From assembly GCF_001461035.1 (NCBI RefSeq), contig NZ_LNAM01000024.1:16145-56144 (forward strand): a stretch of DNA of 40,000 bases, read 5' to 3'. The position numbers were made by a program, and so were the translations under genes. Within the stretch, counting starts at the first letter, position 1; each line of letters starts with the position of its first letter. This document shows positions 30,882 to 40,000 of this stretch, piece by piece. The stretch comes from Acetivibrio ethanolgignens (lineage in GTDB: Bacteria; Bacillota; Clostridia; Lachnospirales; Lachnospiraceae). The notes beneath the pieces are model-generated. The model had not been told where the DNA came from. It ran no database searches and saw only the letters and a program-made list of their open reading frames with translations.

Positions 30882-33005
30882 ATGCCAGGACTTAATACGT
30901 CTATTCAGATTAAAGACCGACTGTCACCTGCTTTTAGAACAATGACACAAAGCATTAATGTGTGCCTTGGTGCGTTTGCTGATATGCAGACAGCCACCGG
31001 ACAGGCGGTAAATACAGATGCAATCAGGGCGGCACAGGTCGCCATGAATGATATGAACATGGAAACTTCCAGAATTGATGACGAGCTAAGAAAAGCTGCT
31101 ACAGCTCAACATCAGTTTAATGATTCTGTAAGAACTGGTCATACAGCAGCAGAGGAATTGCTAGGAAAAGTAAAGGCTGTAGTAGGGGCCTATGTTGGAA
31201 TGCGTGCAGTAAGTGGTGTGATTGGGTTGTCTGATGAAATGGCACAGACGGCAGCAAGACTTAACTTAATGAACGATGGCTTGCAGACTACAGCAGAATT
31301 ACAAGAAAAAATATATATGTCAGCTCAAAATTCAAGAGCTTCATATATGGATACAGCGGCAGCAGTATCACGAATGGGTATGTTGGCTAAGGATGCATTT
31401 TCCGGAAATGATGAACTTATCCAGTTTACAGAACTGATGAATAAGAACCTTAAAGTAGGCGGTGCATCAGCACAGGAACAGGCATCAGCGATGTATCAGC
31501 TTACACAGGCTATGGCTTCTGGCAGGCTCCAGGGAGATGAATACCGAAGTATTATAGAAAACGCTCCGTTGTTGGCTTCTGCGATTGAGGACTATATGGT
31601 GAATGTTCAGCACGCCCAGGGCAGCATGAAAGACTGGGCATCAGAAGGTCTTCTTACAGCCGGTGTTATCAAAGCTGCAATGTTTAATGCGGCAGATGAG
31701 ACAAATGCTAAATTTGAAGAAATTCCAATGACTTGGAGTGATGTAGCTAATTTTGTGAGAAATGCAGGAGTTATGGCATTTCAACCGATTCTGCAGCAGA
31801 TTAACCAAATTGCAAATAATGCCAATACTCAGACAGTAGTACAAGGTATCGTTGGAGGAATGGCAACAATCGCGGCAGCTGTAGGACCTGTGCTGAATCT
31901 TATGGTAGATGGTGCTGGCTGGATAGTAGAAAATTGGTCGATGATAGAACCTTTAGTCTGGGGTGTAGCTGGAGCCGTAGGGGCTTATGCCATTGCACAG
32001 GGAATAGCAAATATTCAGGCGGCAATCGCCAATGGCCAAGGGGCGGCGTATGTGACATTACAGCTGGCAAAGGCGGCAGGGTTGGCAGTGGTAGCCTTAA
32101 TGACTGGAAATGCTACATTAATGCAAACAGCATATAATACCGCAGTTGCGGCATTCCCAGGGATTTTTATTTTAACAATTATTGGACTGGTTGTATCTGC
32201 TTTGGTTAAATGGGTGCAATCGGTAGGAGGCGTAAGGATAGCCTGGGCTATTATGGTTGATTATATAAAATATGGAATCGCATTGTTGATAGCAGATATA
32301 AGCATGGCAAATACAAGAATTGCAAATTTTTGTGGAAAAATATCCTTGTCATTTAAAGCAATGGGAATAAATATGGCAAATGCTGTTGGAGAGAGTAAGG
32401 TGAATATTCTTACTTATTTGCAAGATTTAATTAATAATTCTATTTCAATGATAAATGGGTTTATTGATATTCTAAATAAAATACCAGGAGTTTCTATTGA
32501 GGCTATTAGTTGGACTGCTACTTTTGCTACAGATGCGGCAATGGCAGAAGCAGATAAGAAAAGTGCGAGAGAATCCTCTTTTAAAGCAGCTGAGGCGGCA
32601 TATGCAAATGAAAAAGCAAATAGAGAAAGAAAAAGTCAGCAATTATTGGAAAAGGCTAATTATGAGCATGCAAACAGACGAAGAGAAATTGAACAGATGA
32701 GGAAAGAAGCAACGGAAAATAAGTCGGAAAAGGCAAATGAAACAGCCTTGAATTATGCCGCAGTTACAGCAGCTAATACTGGTAAAATTGCAGATTCTAC
32801 CGAGATTTCCAGTGAGGACTTAAAATATCTCAGGGATATTGCAGAAAGAGACATCATTGACCGAACGGTGTTCCGGGATATCAAGGTGGATTTAGGCGGT
32901 GTGATTAACCAGGTGAATGAAATGAGTGATTTGGACGGTATCGCAGCGTACATTGGTGAGAGCGTTCGTAGAGAAATGCTTATTTCAGCGGAAGGGGTGC
33001 ATTGA
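30882..33005 (+). CDS. Tail tape measure protein
   Basis: 707 aa. Conserved TMP core (MYQLTQAMASGRLQGDEYRSIIENAPL), Gly/Ala-rich hydrophobic central segment, coiled coils. Confidence 0.9.
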   Translation: MPGLNTSIQIKDRLSPAFRTMTQSINVCLGAFADMQTATGQAVNTDAIRAAQVAMNDMNMETSRIDDELRKAATAQHQFNDSVRTGHTAAEELLGKVKAVVGAYVGMRAVSGVIGLSDEMAQTAARLNLMNDGLQTTAELQEKIYMSAQNSRASYMDTAAAVSRMGMLAKDAFSGNDELIQFTELMNKNLKVGGASAQEQASAMYQLTQAMASGRLQGDEYRSIIENAPLLASAIEDYMVNVQHAQGSMKDWASEGLLTAGVIKAAMFNAADETNAKFEEIPMTWSDVANFVRNAGVMAFQPILQQINQIANNANTQTVVQGIVGGMATIAAAVGPVLNLMVDGAGWIVENWSMIEPLVWGVAGAVGAYAIAQGIANIQAAIANGQGAAYVTLQLAKAAGLAVVALMTGNATLMQTAYNTAVAAFPGIFILTIIGLVVSALVKWVQSVGGVRIAWAIMVDYIKYGIALLIADISMANTRIANFCGKISLSFKAMGINMANAVGESKVNILTYLQDLINNSISMINGFIDILNKIPGVSIEAISWTATFATDAAMAEADKKSARESSFKAAEAAYANEKANRERKSQQLLEKANYEHANRRREIEQMRKEATENKSEKANETALNYAAVTAANTGKIADSTEISSEDLKYLRDIAERDIIDRTVFRDIKVDLGGVINQVNEMSDLDGIAAYIGESVRREMLISAEGVH

Positions 33006-33772
33006 TGATTACAAATACAATACAGGCAGGAATCAAGGCGGCAATAAAGCCGCTTTTGGTTTCCCTTTCCCAGCAGCAGGGCTATCACTTTTATTTTGGT
33101 ACAGAAATGCTTCCTGTGACACCGGAGAAGCTTTCTACCAAGATTAAAAACAAGAATAAGACAATTACCCTGATGAACGAAGGAGAGGTAAATCTGCTTA
33201 AGACGGCAGGTCTCACAGAATATAAATTTGATATTTTGCTTCCGAATGTATCTTACCCTTTTGCAGAGTATTTATTTGAATTCCAGCCGGCTGGGTACTA
33301 CCTGGAATTTTTAGAAAAGCTGAAAACAGAGAAAGAACCGTTTCAGTTTATTGTAAGCCGCGTGCATCCGGGACGAGGAAGCCTTTTTAAAACGAACACA
33401 ACCGTAACCTTAGAAGAATATGAAATTAAGGAAAGTGCAGAAGATGGTTTTGATTGCATAGTATCTGTGGAATTGAAGCAATACCGGCCGTTTGAAACCA
33501 GAGTTGTAAGGTTGACTAGCAATAAGAAAAAAGCAGGAACGACCGGAAAGAAGCGAGTTGCAAAAAAAGCTGCTTCTGGAACATCGTATACGGTAAAGTC
33601 AGGTGACTGCCTCTGGAAGATTTCCAAAAGCTGTTATGGAGATGGAGGAAATGGAAGTAAGATATATGCAGCCAATAAGTCAGCCATTGAGAAAGCAGCG
33701 AAGAAACACGGAAAAAGCAGCTCTCAAAACGGAAGATATATATATCCTGGCACTGTGCTTAAGATACCATAA
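33002..33772 (+). CDS. XkdP-like tail protein with C-terminal LysM domain
   Basis: LysM motif YTVKSGDCLWKISKSCYGDG...IYPGTVLKIP. ATGA overlap with the TMP gene. Confidence 0.85.
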   Translation: MMITNTIQAGIKAAIKPLLVSLSQQQGYHFYFGTEMLPVTPEKLSTKIKNKNKTITLMNEGEVNLLKTAGLTEYKFDILLPNVSYPFAEYLFEFQPAGYYLEFLEKLKTEKEPFQFIVSRVHPGRGSLFKTNTTVTLEEYEIKESAEDGFDCIVSVELKQYRPFETRVVRLTSNKKKAGTTGKKRVAKKAASGTSYTVKSGDCLWKISKSCYGDGGNGSKIYAANKSAIEKAAKKHGKSSSQNGRYIYPGTVLKIP

Positions 33773-33781
33773 GGAGGGGCT

Positions 33782-34738
33782 ATGGGAATTGAATTACTGA
33801 TGCAGAATGGAAAGAAAATATATGCTCCAGGTATAGAAGAGGGCATAAAACTTAAAAGCGTGAGAAAAGGAACTCCGGGGCAACTCAATTTTACGGCTAT
33901 AAACGATGGCTTATTGAAATTCACAGAGGGAAATCCGGTTAGGTTTCTCGTTGATGGTAAAAAGTTGTTTTATGGTTATGTATTTGAAAAAAAGCGGAGT
34001 GGCAGGGATACGATAGATGTTGTTTGTTATGATCAGCTCCGGTATTTCAAAAATAAGGATACCTATATTTATAAGAATAAGACAGCATCGCAGGTATTGA
34101 AGATGGTTTGCTCTGATTTTGGTTTAAAAGCCGGGAAGATAACAGATACAAAGCATGTTATTTCTAAAAAGCTGGAGAGTAATAAGACGCTGTTTGATAT
34201 TGTGCAGAACGCTCTGGATGAAACAATGCAGAGTAAAGGAAAACTTTATGTTTTGTATGATGATTTTGGCCGTATATGCCTTACGGATGTTGCAGATATG
34301 AAGCTTAATCTTCTGATTTGCGATGAAACAGCAGAAGGTTTCACATATACATCCAGTATTGATAAGGATGTCTACAATAAAATCAAACTGGCATACACTA
34401 ATCAAAAAACAGGTAAGATAGAAACCTATATTGCTCAGGATAGCAAAAACATCAATAAATGGGGTGTATTGCAGTATTATCAGTCAGAGCAGAATAATGC
34501 CGGGTTAAAGTCAAAAACAAATAGCCTGCTTAAGCTGTACAATCGGAAAAGCAGAAACCTCACAATTAAGAATGCTGCTGGTGATATCAGGGTGAGAGCA
34601 GGATGTAGCTTACTTGTTTCATTGACTCTGGATGATATCAGAATAAACAACTATATGCTTGTAGATGAAGTAACCCATACCTTTAAAGAAAACGTACATA
34701 CAATGGACGTAAAACTGATTGGGGGCGATTTTGTATGA
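33782..34738 (+). CDS. XkdQ-like baseplate hub / late control gene D-like protein
   Basis: 318 aa. Position after the LysM protein, as in the PBSX gene order. Confidence 0.75.
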   Translation: MGIELLMQNGKKIYAPGIEEGIKLKSVRKGTPGQLNFTAINDGLLKFTEGNPVRFLVDGKKLFYGYVFEKKRSGRDTIDVVCYDQLRYFKNKDTYIYKNKTASQVLKMVCSDFGLKAGKITDTKHVISKKLESNKTLFDIVQNALDETMQSKGKLYVLYDDFGRICLTDVADMKLNLLICDETAEGFTYTSSIDKDVYNKIKLAYTNQKTGKIETYIAQDSKNINKWGVLQYYQSEQNNAGLKSKTNSLLKLYNRKSRNLTIKNAAGDIRVRAGCSLLVSLTLDDIRINNYMLVDEVTHTFKENVHTMDVKLIGGDFV

Positions 34739-35052
34739 GTGATCTTCTTTCGGTTATCAAGCAGGCGGCCATAGAAGCTGTAAGAGAGAGTAAACCGGTA
34801 GAATTTTTGACCGGGACTGTAGAATCTGCTTCTCCATTGAAGATACGAATCGACCAGAAAACGCTTCTGGACGAAGATTTTCTGATTCTTACCAGGGAAA
34901 CAAAAGATTATGAGGTAGAGGCTACTTCTGATGGAGCAAAGAGGAAATACAAGGTGCATAACGCACTGAAAAAAGGAGAAAAATGCTTGATTCTATCAAA
35001 ACAGGGTGGACAAGATTATCTCGTGCTATGCAGATTGGAGGTGTCTGAGTGA
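34735..35052 (+). CDS. XkdR-like (DUF2577) baseplate protein
   Basis: 105 aa. Position and size fit. ATGA overlap. Confidence 0.7.
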   Translation: MSDLLSVIKQAAIEAVRESKPVEFLTGTVESASPLKIRIDQKTLLDEDFLILTRETKDYEVEATSDGAKRKYKVHNALKKGEKCLILSKQGGQDYLVLCRLEVSE

Positions 35053-35453
35053 TACCAAATGAAGATGATGATTTATTAGAAGAGCTAGAGACAGAAACAC
35101 AGCCGTCACTTACTTTTGCTATGAATAAGGAGGACAACAAGGTCCAGGGGCAATGTGATGGACTGGAGGCGATGGAGCAGGCCATTTACTGCATCCTTAA
35201 CACAGAAAGATACCAGTGTCCTATATATGATTGGAGCTATGGTGTAGAGCTAGCTGATTTAATCGGTATGCCGCTGGATTATTGTATAGCAGAAGTGGAA
35301 AGGCGAATCAAGGAAGCTCTGGAGGCAGATGACAGAGTAATATCTATTGATAACTTCCAATTTGATTTACCGGAATCCGGTACGCTGGCTGTTGAGTTCA
35401 TTGTCAGTACAATCTTTGGAACAACAAAAGTAAATAAAGAGGTGAATATTTAA
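35049..35453 (+). CDS. XkdS-like (DUF2634, gpW/gp25-like) baseplate protein
   Basis: 134 aa. GTG start overlapping the upstream stop. Position fits. Confidence 0.7.
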   Translation: MIPNEDDDLLEELETETQPSLTFAMNKEDNKVQGQCDGLEAMEQAIYCILNTERYQCPIYDWSYGVELADLIGMPLDYCIAEVERRIKEALEADDRVISIDNFQFDLPESGTLAVEFIVSTIFGTTKVNKEVNI

Positions 35454-35454
35454 G

Positions 35455-36552
35455 ATGTATGAAGAAAAGACCTATGAGGCTCTCTTGGAGGAAAAACTTA
35501 GCCTGGTAGATGATAAATTTGATAAAAGGCAAGGGTCTCCAATTTATGCAGCTTTGGCACCAAACAGTGTTGAGCAGGCAAGGCTATATTCTCATCTTGC
35601 ATGGTTGCATAATCAAATGTTTGGAGATACAGCGGAAAGAGATGGATTAACAAGGATTGCACGGGACACCAGGGGGCTTTCTCCAAGTGCTGCAACTTAT
35701 GCAGTACGAAAATGTGTAGCTGATGCAGTTCTTCCACTTGGGCTTAGCGTATCTTTGGATATACTGAACTATACCATAACAGAGGCCGTAGATGAGGCAG
35801 GTAGCTCGGGTGAATATGTTTACAAGGCTGTGTGTCAAGAATCTGGAGAAATCGGAAATAAATACAGCGGAGAAGCCATCCCTAATGAATTTGTAGAGGG
35901 CCTTACTGCGGTGAGGATATTAGATGTTCTGATACCTGGCGAGGATGAGGAAGATACTGAAGCATTCCGCAAAAGATGGAGGGATAACTTCCGTTCAATG
36001 GCTTTTGGAGGAAATAAGACAGACTACAAAGAGAAAATTAATGGAATTGAAGGTGTTGGAGGTGTTAAAACTGCCAGAGCAAGGAATGCTTCCGGTGAAG
36101 TACAGGGAGGCCATGTATTAGCTGTTATTATTGCCTCTGATTTTTCTGTACCATCACTTTCTCTGGTTGAAAAGGTGCAGGAAATAATAGACCCGGTAGA
36201 AAATGCTGGAGAAGGTGATGGACTGGCCCCTATAGACCACACAGTGCATATACAGGCGGTTACTGGAAAGGTAATTAACGTAGCAACTACTTTGACTTTG
36301 GATACCGGATATTCTTTTGAGGATATCAAAAGCTTTGTGGAGGGAACTGTAGACAAATATTTCTTAAGCATCAATAAGGAATGGGAGGAAAAAGGAAATG
36401 AAAGCATTGTAGTCAGGATTGCTCAGATTGAAAGTGCCATATTGAAAATAATAGGCGTACTTGATATTACAGGAACCATGTTAAATGGAGAGGAGAAGAA
36501 TGTTATTCTTGACAAGTATGAGATAGCAGTAAGGGGTGAAATAAGTGGATAA
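35455..36552 (+). CDS. Baseplate J-like protein (XkdT-like)
   Basis: 365 aa. Size, position and the GSPIYAALAPNSVEQARLY motif are typical of baseplate J. Confidence 0.85.
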   Translation: MYEEKTYEALLEEKLSLVDDKFDKRQGSPIYAALAPNSVEQARLYSHLAWLHNQMFGDTAERDGLTRIARDTRGLSPSAATYAVRKCVADAVLPLGLSVSLDILNYTITEAVDEAGSSGEYVYKAVCQESGEIGNKYSGEAIPNEFVEGLTAVRILDVLIPGEDEEDTEAFRKRWRDNFRSMAFGGNKTDYKEKINGIEGVGGVKTARARNASGEVQGGHVLAVIIASDFSVPSLSLVEKVQEIIDPVENAGEGDGLAPIDHTVHIQAVTGKVINVATTLTLDTGYSFEDIKSFVEGTVDKYFLSINKEWEEKGNESIVVRIAQIESAILKIIGVLDITGTMLNGEEKNVILDKYEIAVRGEISG

Positions 36553-37093
36553 TCAACTGATGAAATATCTTGATGGCTGTATTTTTAAGGATTATGAGGA
36601 AATCAAGGAAATTCTCCGGGTGGAACAGATAGAAGAAACTGCTTTGTGGAATGAAATGGACTATCTTTTAAAAGAGTCAAAAGTGCAGAGCAGTGAGGAC
36701 ATAGGTTTGCGGCGGTGGGAAGGAATTCTTGAATTAAAACCGCTTGATACAGACCCGATAGAGGTTAGGCGACTTAGAATAAAAGGAAAGCTTAACGAAA
36801 CTCTTCCTTACACTTACAGGGTAGTTTATGCTATGCTGCAGTCTTTGTGTGGAAAAGATGGAGTGTCTGTTGATAGAAATGTTGAAGAATATTCGTATTC
36901 AGTTAAAGTAGCATTAAAAAGCAAAAAACTAAAAGCTGAGGTTGAAAAGCTTCTGGATAGAGTGATTCCAGAAAACATGATACTTAAAGTCACCATTATG
37001 TACAATACCAACCGTATGCTATCTGGCTTGACCCACGCACAGCTTGCAGCTTATACTCACAGGCAACTTAAGGAAGAAGAATTGGAGGTGTGA
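36545..37093 (+). CDS. XkdU-like (DUF2313) tail protein
   Basis: 182 aa. The GLRRWEGILELKP motif is typical of DUF2313. Confidence 0.75.
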   Translation: MDNQLMKYLDGCIFKDYEEIKEILRVEQIEETALWNEMDYLLKESKVQSSEDIGLRRWEGILELKPLDTDPIEVRRLRIKGKLNETLPYTYRVVYAMLQSLCGKDGVSVDRNVEEYSYSVKVALKSKKLKAEVEKLLDRVIPENMILKVTIMYNTNRMLSGLTHAQLAAYTHRQLKEEELEV

Positions 37094-37482
37094 AATTGGA
37101 ATATACGGAAAACTTAAAATTAAGAAAGCCTTTGCAGGATGAACCATATGATGTAGACAATTTTAATCAGAATGCAGATAAGATTGATTCAGCAATAGCA
37201 AGAAAGGCAGATAAATCTATCGAAAAATCAGCAACACTCTTTGCCTCTTCCTGGACAGGAGATACAGCCCCATATTACATTACCATTGATGTAGAGGGAG
37301 CCACCGCAACAAACAATATTGAAATCCTTCCGGCGGCGACTTTAATCCAGGAACAGTATGAGGCTATGAGCAGTGCTGGTATTACCGGAGCAGACCAGGC
37401 AGAAGGAAGTGTAACCCTGAAAGCTTTTGGTGACAAACCAAAGATAGATTTGCCAATTATAGTGATAGTGAGAGGTGATTGA
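37090..37482 (+). CDS. Tail fibre N-terminal / baseplate-attachment protein
   Basis: The N-terminal motif LKLRKPLQDEPYDVDNFNQNADKID is common to Firmicutes phage fibre proteins. Confidence 0.55.
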   Translation: MKLEYTENLKLRKPLQDEPYDVDNFNQNADKIDSAIARKADKSIEKSATLFASSWTGDTAPYYITIDVEGATATNNIEILPAATLIQEQYEAMSSAGITGADQAEGSVTLKAFGDKPKIDLPIIVIVRGD

Positions 37483-39181
37483 TATGGCTGTAATTGTAAG
37501 GATGCCGTCAAAAGGCGGCTCAAATACAAAAAATGTAACAGCGGTACCGGATGATGTATTGAGTGGAAAAGTATTTGTCAATTCAAAAGGAGAAGAACAG
37601 GAAGGAAATATGCCGGACAACGGAGCTGTAGCACAAGTCCTTAATGCAGGTGGTTCCTATACAATACCAAAGGGATATCATGATGGAGGCGGAAAAATAA
37701 CAGCAAATAGTCTAGCTTCTCAAACGCAGGCAAACGCTACAGCTCCTTTTATAGCAAGAGGAAAGACGGCATGGGTCAATGGGAATAAGGTAGTAGGAAC
37801 TGGTCTGATTGCCAGCGAGATAAGAGGTGTGAAAAAAGATTACTATGTATATGCAGGGCAGACAATAGAGGTTGGTGATTTTGTTCAGCTAACTTATGGA
37901 ATATCCGGGATTGGTTCTGGAAAAGCCATTAAAAAAACACTGCCACTAAAAACTAGTAGCGACAGCAGTTTTATAACATGTAAGATAGACGAGAGCACAG
38001 TACTTCTCCTTTCAAAAGAAGCAGATTCAAACTATAATTATTATAGAATGTATGCTTCGGTAATTAAAATAAATGGTGTCGACATTTCAGTAGGGCCACG
38101 TATTCAAATTCTTGAAAAGAAATATGTTTACGGAATAGAAGATAGTGATTTAAAGTATATAAGTGATGCAAAATTTATTGTAAGCGATAGCTCCCATGTA
38201 TATGTGCTCTACCCAACTTCAAAATCATACGATGAGTTCATGTATTGGTATTTAACATTAAATGGAGTAACTATATCGGTGTCTGGAATGAAAAAAATAT
38301 ATATTGGAAGGGATAAAGAGTTTCAAGGCGTGTCGTATAAAAATAAAGCCCTTTATAAAACATCATCCGGACATTTCTATCTGCCGATAATTCATGGTAC
38401 AGGCACTATAAACGATTGGAACATGACAACGTATAATACTATGTATATTTCCATAAATTTTTTGTCAGACAACAAAGGGACACTGAGGCTTGAAAATAAA
38501 ACTATCCTTCATATCGATTCTTGTGACTCTGCAGATTGTGACTTCGGTAAAGATGAGTTTGTCTTGGCATATAGCAAAAATAGTGATAGAAATACTATAG
38601 GCATCTTTACAGGTAGAATCAGTGGGAAAACTGCAAAGGAGGTCAAAAAACAGTATGTTAATAAAACTGAGGACGCTTACTTAAATGTATGCAAATTAAC
38701 AGAGAAGGTAAGGATTGTATTTATAGGAAAGAATAGCTCTGCTTTGTATTATAGGACTGTAGATAACGAAGGTAATATTTCCAGCAGCACATTGTCTATA
38801 GCTCTTTCTACAGAAAAAATAATAGTGACTTCCAATTTAGACAATAGGCTGCTTATTCGCAATGAATTGTTTGAAATTTCAAATGCCAGGAATGGATTGC
38901 TGAGAAAATTAAGTACCAAGGCTGGTTTTTATTATTCAGAAATTTTACTTCTGTATGGGTCAAAAGCACTGACTATATATGATGGAGAAGCTACAGTAAT
39001 AAATTTCCCAAATGCAAACATTGATTATTTGAATTATATATATGAGATTCAAGCAAAATTAGCCATTTCCAATGATGACACAGAGGGAGTCGCATTAACA
39101 AAAGGGATAGGAGGGAGTAATCAAGGTTCTGGTGCGAAACATAATCAAAAAGTAACTGTAGTGTCGAAGTTGGCAAAATAA
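37475..39181 (+). CDS. Tail fibre / receptor-binding protein
   Basis: 568 aa. Conserved N-terminal fibre motifs (GNMPDNGAV...IPKGYHDGGGKI...GKTAWVNGNKVVGTG), then an AT-rich divergent C-terminal domain. Confidence 0.7.
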   Translation: MIDMAVIVRMPSKGGSNTKNVTAVPDDVLSGKVFVNSKGEEQEGNMPDNGAVAQVLNAGGSYTIPKGYHDGGGKITANSLASQTQANATAPFIARGKTAWVNGNKVVGTGLIASEIRGVKKDYYVYAGQTIEVGDFVQLTYGISGIGSGKAIKKTLPLKTSSDSSFITCKIDESTVLLLSKEADSNYNYYRMYASVIKINGVDISVGPRIQILEKKYVYGIEDSDLKYISDAKFIVSDSSHVYVLYPTSKSYDEFMYWYLTLNGVTISVSGMKKIYIGRDKEFQGVSYKNKALYKTSSGHFYLPIIHGTGTINDWNMTTYNTMYISINFLSDNKGTLRLENKTILHIDSCDSADCDFGKDEFVLAYSKNSDRNTIGIFTGRISGKTAKEVKKQYVNKTEDAYLNVCKLTEKVRIVFIGKNSSALYYRTVDNEGNISSSTLSIALSTEKIIVTSNLDNRLLIRNELFEISNARNGLLRKLSTKAGFYYSEILLLYGSKALTIYDGEATVINFPNANIDYLNYIYEIQAKLAISNDDTEGVALTKGIGGSNQGSGAKHNQKVTVVSKLAK

Positions 39182-39196
39182 AAGGAGAGATAGAGA

Positions 39197-39583
39197 ATGT
39201 ATATTATTACGGACAAAAAAAATCATATTATTGCTTTAACAAATGAAGTTAGCATGATTTTTATAAATGAGGAAAAAGGAGATTATGAAACGACAAGGGA
39301 TGAGAATAGAGCTATTGGATGGATGGACATGGAGAATAATACAATCTATCAAGATATTAAAGCTTGGAATGTTGATTCAACAACGGAAAATCCACCATAC
39401 GACCTGTCAAAAGATTTAGGTAGATATCTTTTTGCGAAGGAGAGGGGTTTTTACAAAAACAAAGACTGGTTGCCGCCACAGCCTTCTTTTGAAGATAAGG
39501 TAAGAGCCGATATTGAATATATAGCACTATCAGCAGGAATTGATTTAACGGAGGTAAGTTATGAAAGCGAAGGAGATTTGTAA
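39197..39583 (+). CDS. Hypothetical protein (128 aa), possibly a fibre-associated or assembly protein
   Basis: RBS AAAGGAGAG. Position between the fibre and XkdX genes. Confidence 0.55.
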   Translation: MYIITDKKNHIIALTNEVSMIFINEEKGDYETTRDENRAIGWMDMENNTIYQDIKAWNVDSTTENPPYDLSKDLGRYLFAKERGFYKNKDWLPPQPSFEDKVRADIEYIALSAGIDLTEVSYESEGDL

Positions 39584-39704
39584 AAAATACTATCCAAAAT
39601 TATGGGGAATTGGAAGGATAAGGAATTTGGTTAAGATTGGAAGAATCACAAGAGAGGAGTATAAAGAAATCACAGGAGAGGATTATGACAGGAAAGAAGC
39701 CTAA
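39561..39704 (+). CDS. XkdX-family small protein (47 aa)
   Basis: MKAKEICKKYYPKLWGIGRIRNLVKIGRITREEYKEITGEDY has the XkdX signature (..V..G.IT.EEY.EITG). GGAGG before the ATG. Not in the ORF track. Confidence 0.7.
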   Translation: MKAKEICKKYYPKLWGIGRIRNLVKIGRITREEYKEITGEDYDRKEA

Positions 39705-39717
39705 GGGCTTCTTTTTT
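39695..39717 (+). terminator. Rho-independent terminator
   Basis: AGAAGCC / GGCTTCT (7 bp, loop TAAG), followed by TTTTT. Confidence 0.7.
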
Positions 39718-39737
39718 CATGGGAAAGGAGGTCACCT

Positions 39738-40000
39738 ATGACGGATGAAGAAGTAGCAGTAAAGCTTAAAGCTCATGAGCATGAGCTGGCGTCTTTAAAG
39801 CATAGAATGAATAAGCAGGAAGAGACTACATCAACCCTGCAAGCCATTCTTTTACAGATTAAGGAAATCAGTATCACGATGAAAGGGATTCTGGAAGAGC
39901 AGAAGGAACATAGTGCCAGGCTTGACAGCCTGGAGGAAGAACCAGCCAAGAATTACAAGCAGCTTAAAATGGCAGTATCTACCGCTGTAATAAGCAGCCT
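39738..40000 (+). CDS. XhlA-family (haemolysin XhlA-like) lysis-module protein, 5' part; runs off the window
   Basis: RBS AAAGGAGG. MTDEEVAVKLKAHEHELASLKHRMNKQEE...ARLDSLEEEPAKNYKQLKMAVSTAVISS is a coiled coil followed by the start of a TM segment, as in XhlA. Confidence 0.7.
   Translation, partial: MTDEEVAVKLKAHEHELASLKHRMNKQEETTSTLQAILLQIKEISITMKGILEEQKEHSARLDSLEEEPAKNYKQLKMAVSTAVISS

Larger units (their letters stand above)
5760..40000. mobile_element. PBSX/Xkd-like contractile-tail (myovirus-type) prophage, probably defective; right end outside the window
   Basis: Contiguous integrase, CI/Cro, recombination, head, sheath/tube, baseplate, XkdX and XhlA modules. Starts inside an interrupted host gene. 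The lysis module is only just beginning at the window end. Confidence 0.9.

Noticed and set aside
31641-32700. Short ORFs inside the tape measure gene (31641..31844 -, 31934..32137 +, 32497..32700 +)
   Set aside because: These are alternative-frame artefacts of a long, repetitive, Ala/Gly-rich gene.
37475-39181. Possible diversity-generating retroelement or shufflon acting on the AT-rich variable C-terminus of the tail fibre
   Set aside because: No reverse transcriptase, template repeat, invertase or inverted-repeat set is visible in the window. The divergence is more simply explained by horizontal exchange of the receptor-binding domain.
1-40000. CRISPR arrays, tRNA/rRNA genes, IS elements or transposases
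   Set aside because: I saw no regularly spaced direct repeats, no cloverleaf-like or rRNA-like segments, and no transposase-like ORFs. The only recombinase is the serine integrase. This was a by-eye scan, so a small tRNA could have been missed. tRNAscan-SE or Infernal would settle it.

Overview
This window comes from a low-GC, apparently spore-forming Firmicutes (Clostridia-like) chromosome. All domain and family calls below come from reading motifs in the translations; no database search was run.

Positions 1-5.3 kb are ordinary host genes:
- a secreted protein fragment;
- an ECF sigma / RsiV-like anti-sigma pair;
- a soluble methyl-accepting chemotaxis protein with a C-terminal CZB zinc-binding domain;
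- a membrane EAL c-di-GMP phosphodiesterase.

From about 5.76 kb to the right edge (more than 34 kb; the right end is not in the window) lies a PBSX/Xkd-like contractile-tail prophage. It is inserted inside a CotJC-type manganese catalase gene, of which only the 3' fragment is present. A large serine recombinase gene sits directly at that junction.

Prophage layout, left to right:
- integrase;
- two AT-rich accessory cassettes (an unknown 137-aa protein plus an Abi_2 protein, separated by a structured leader; and a DUF4160 pair);
- CI/Cro switch;
- early genes (Rha, SMC-like ATPase, RecT, PD-(D/E)XK nuclease, RusA, replisome organizer);
- an internal deletion that fuses the replisome-organizer gene to the 3' end of the large terminase gene;
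- portal, a gp7-like head protein fused to an ADP-ribosyltransferase domain, scaffold, capsid and connectors;
- sheath, tube, and a chaperone with a -1 frameshift;
- a two-gene moron (membrane protein plus a second Rha) in front of the tape measure gene;
- baseplate, fibre, XkdX and XhlA.

The best candidate for an undescribed system is the integrase-proximal operon at 7604-9135: unknown small protein, then a pseudoknot/terminator-like RNA leader, then an Abi_2 effector. It is embedded in an array of cassettes with conserved boundary repeats.

Secondary leads:
- a packaging-defective prophage with a serine recombinase interrupting a spore-coat-type gene (a skin/SPbeta-like intervening-element scenario);
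- the moron at the chaperone/tape-measure junction;
- a conserved leader sequence reused in front of four early genes.
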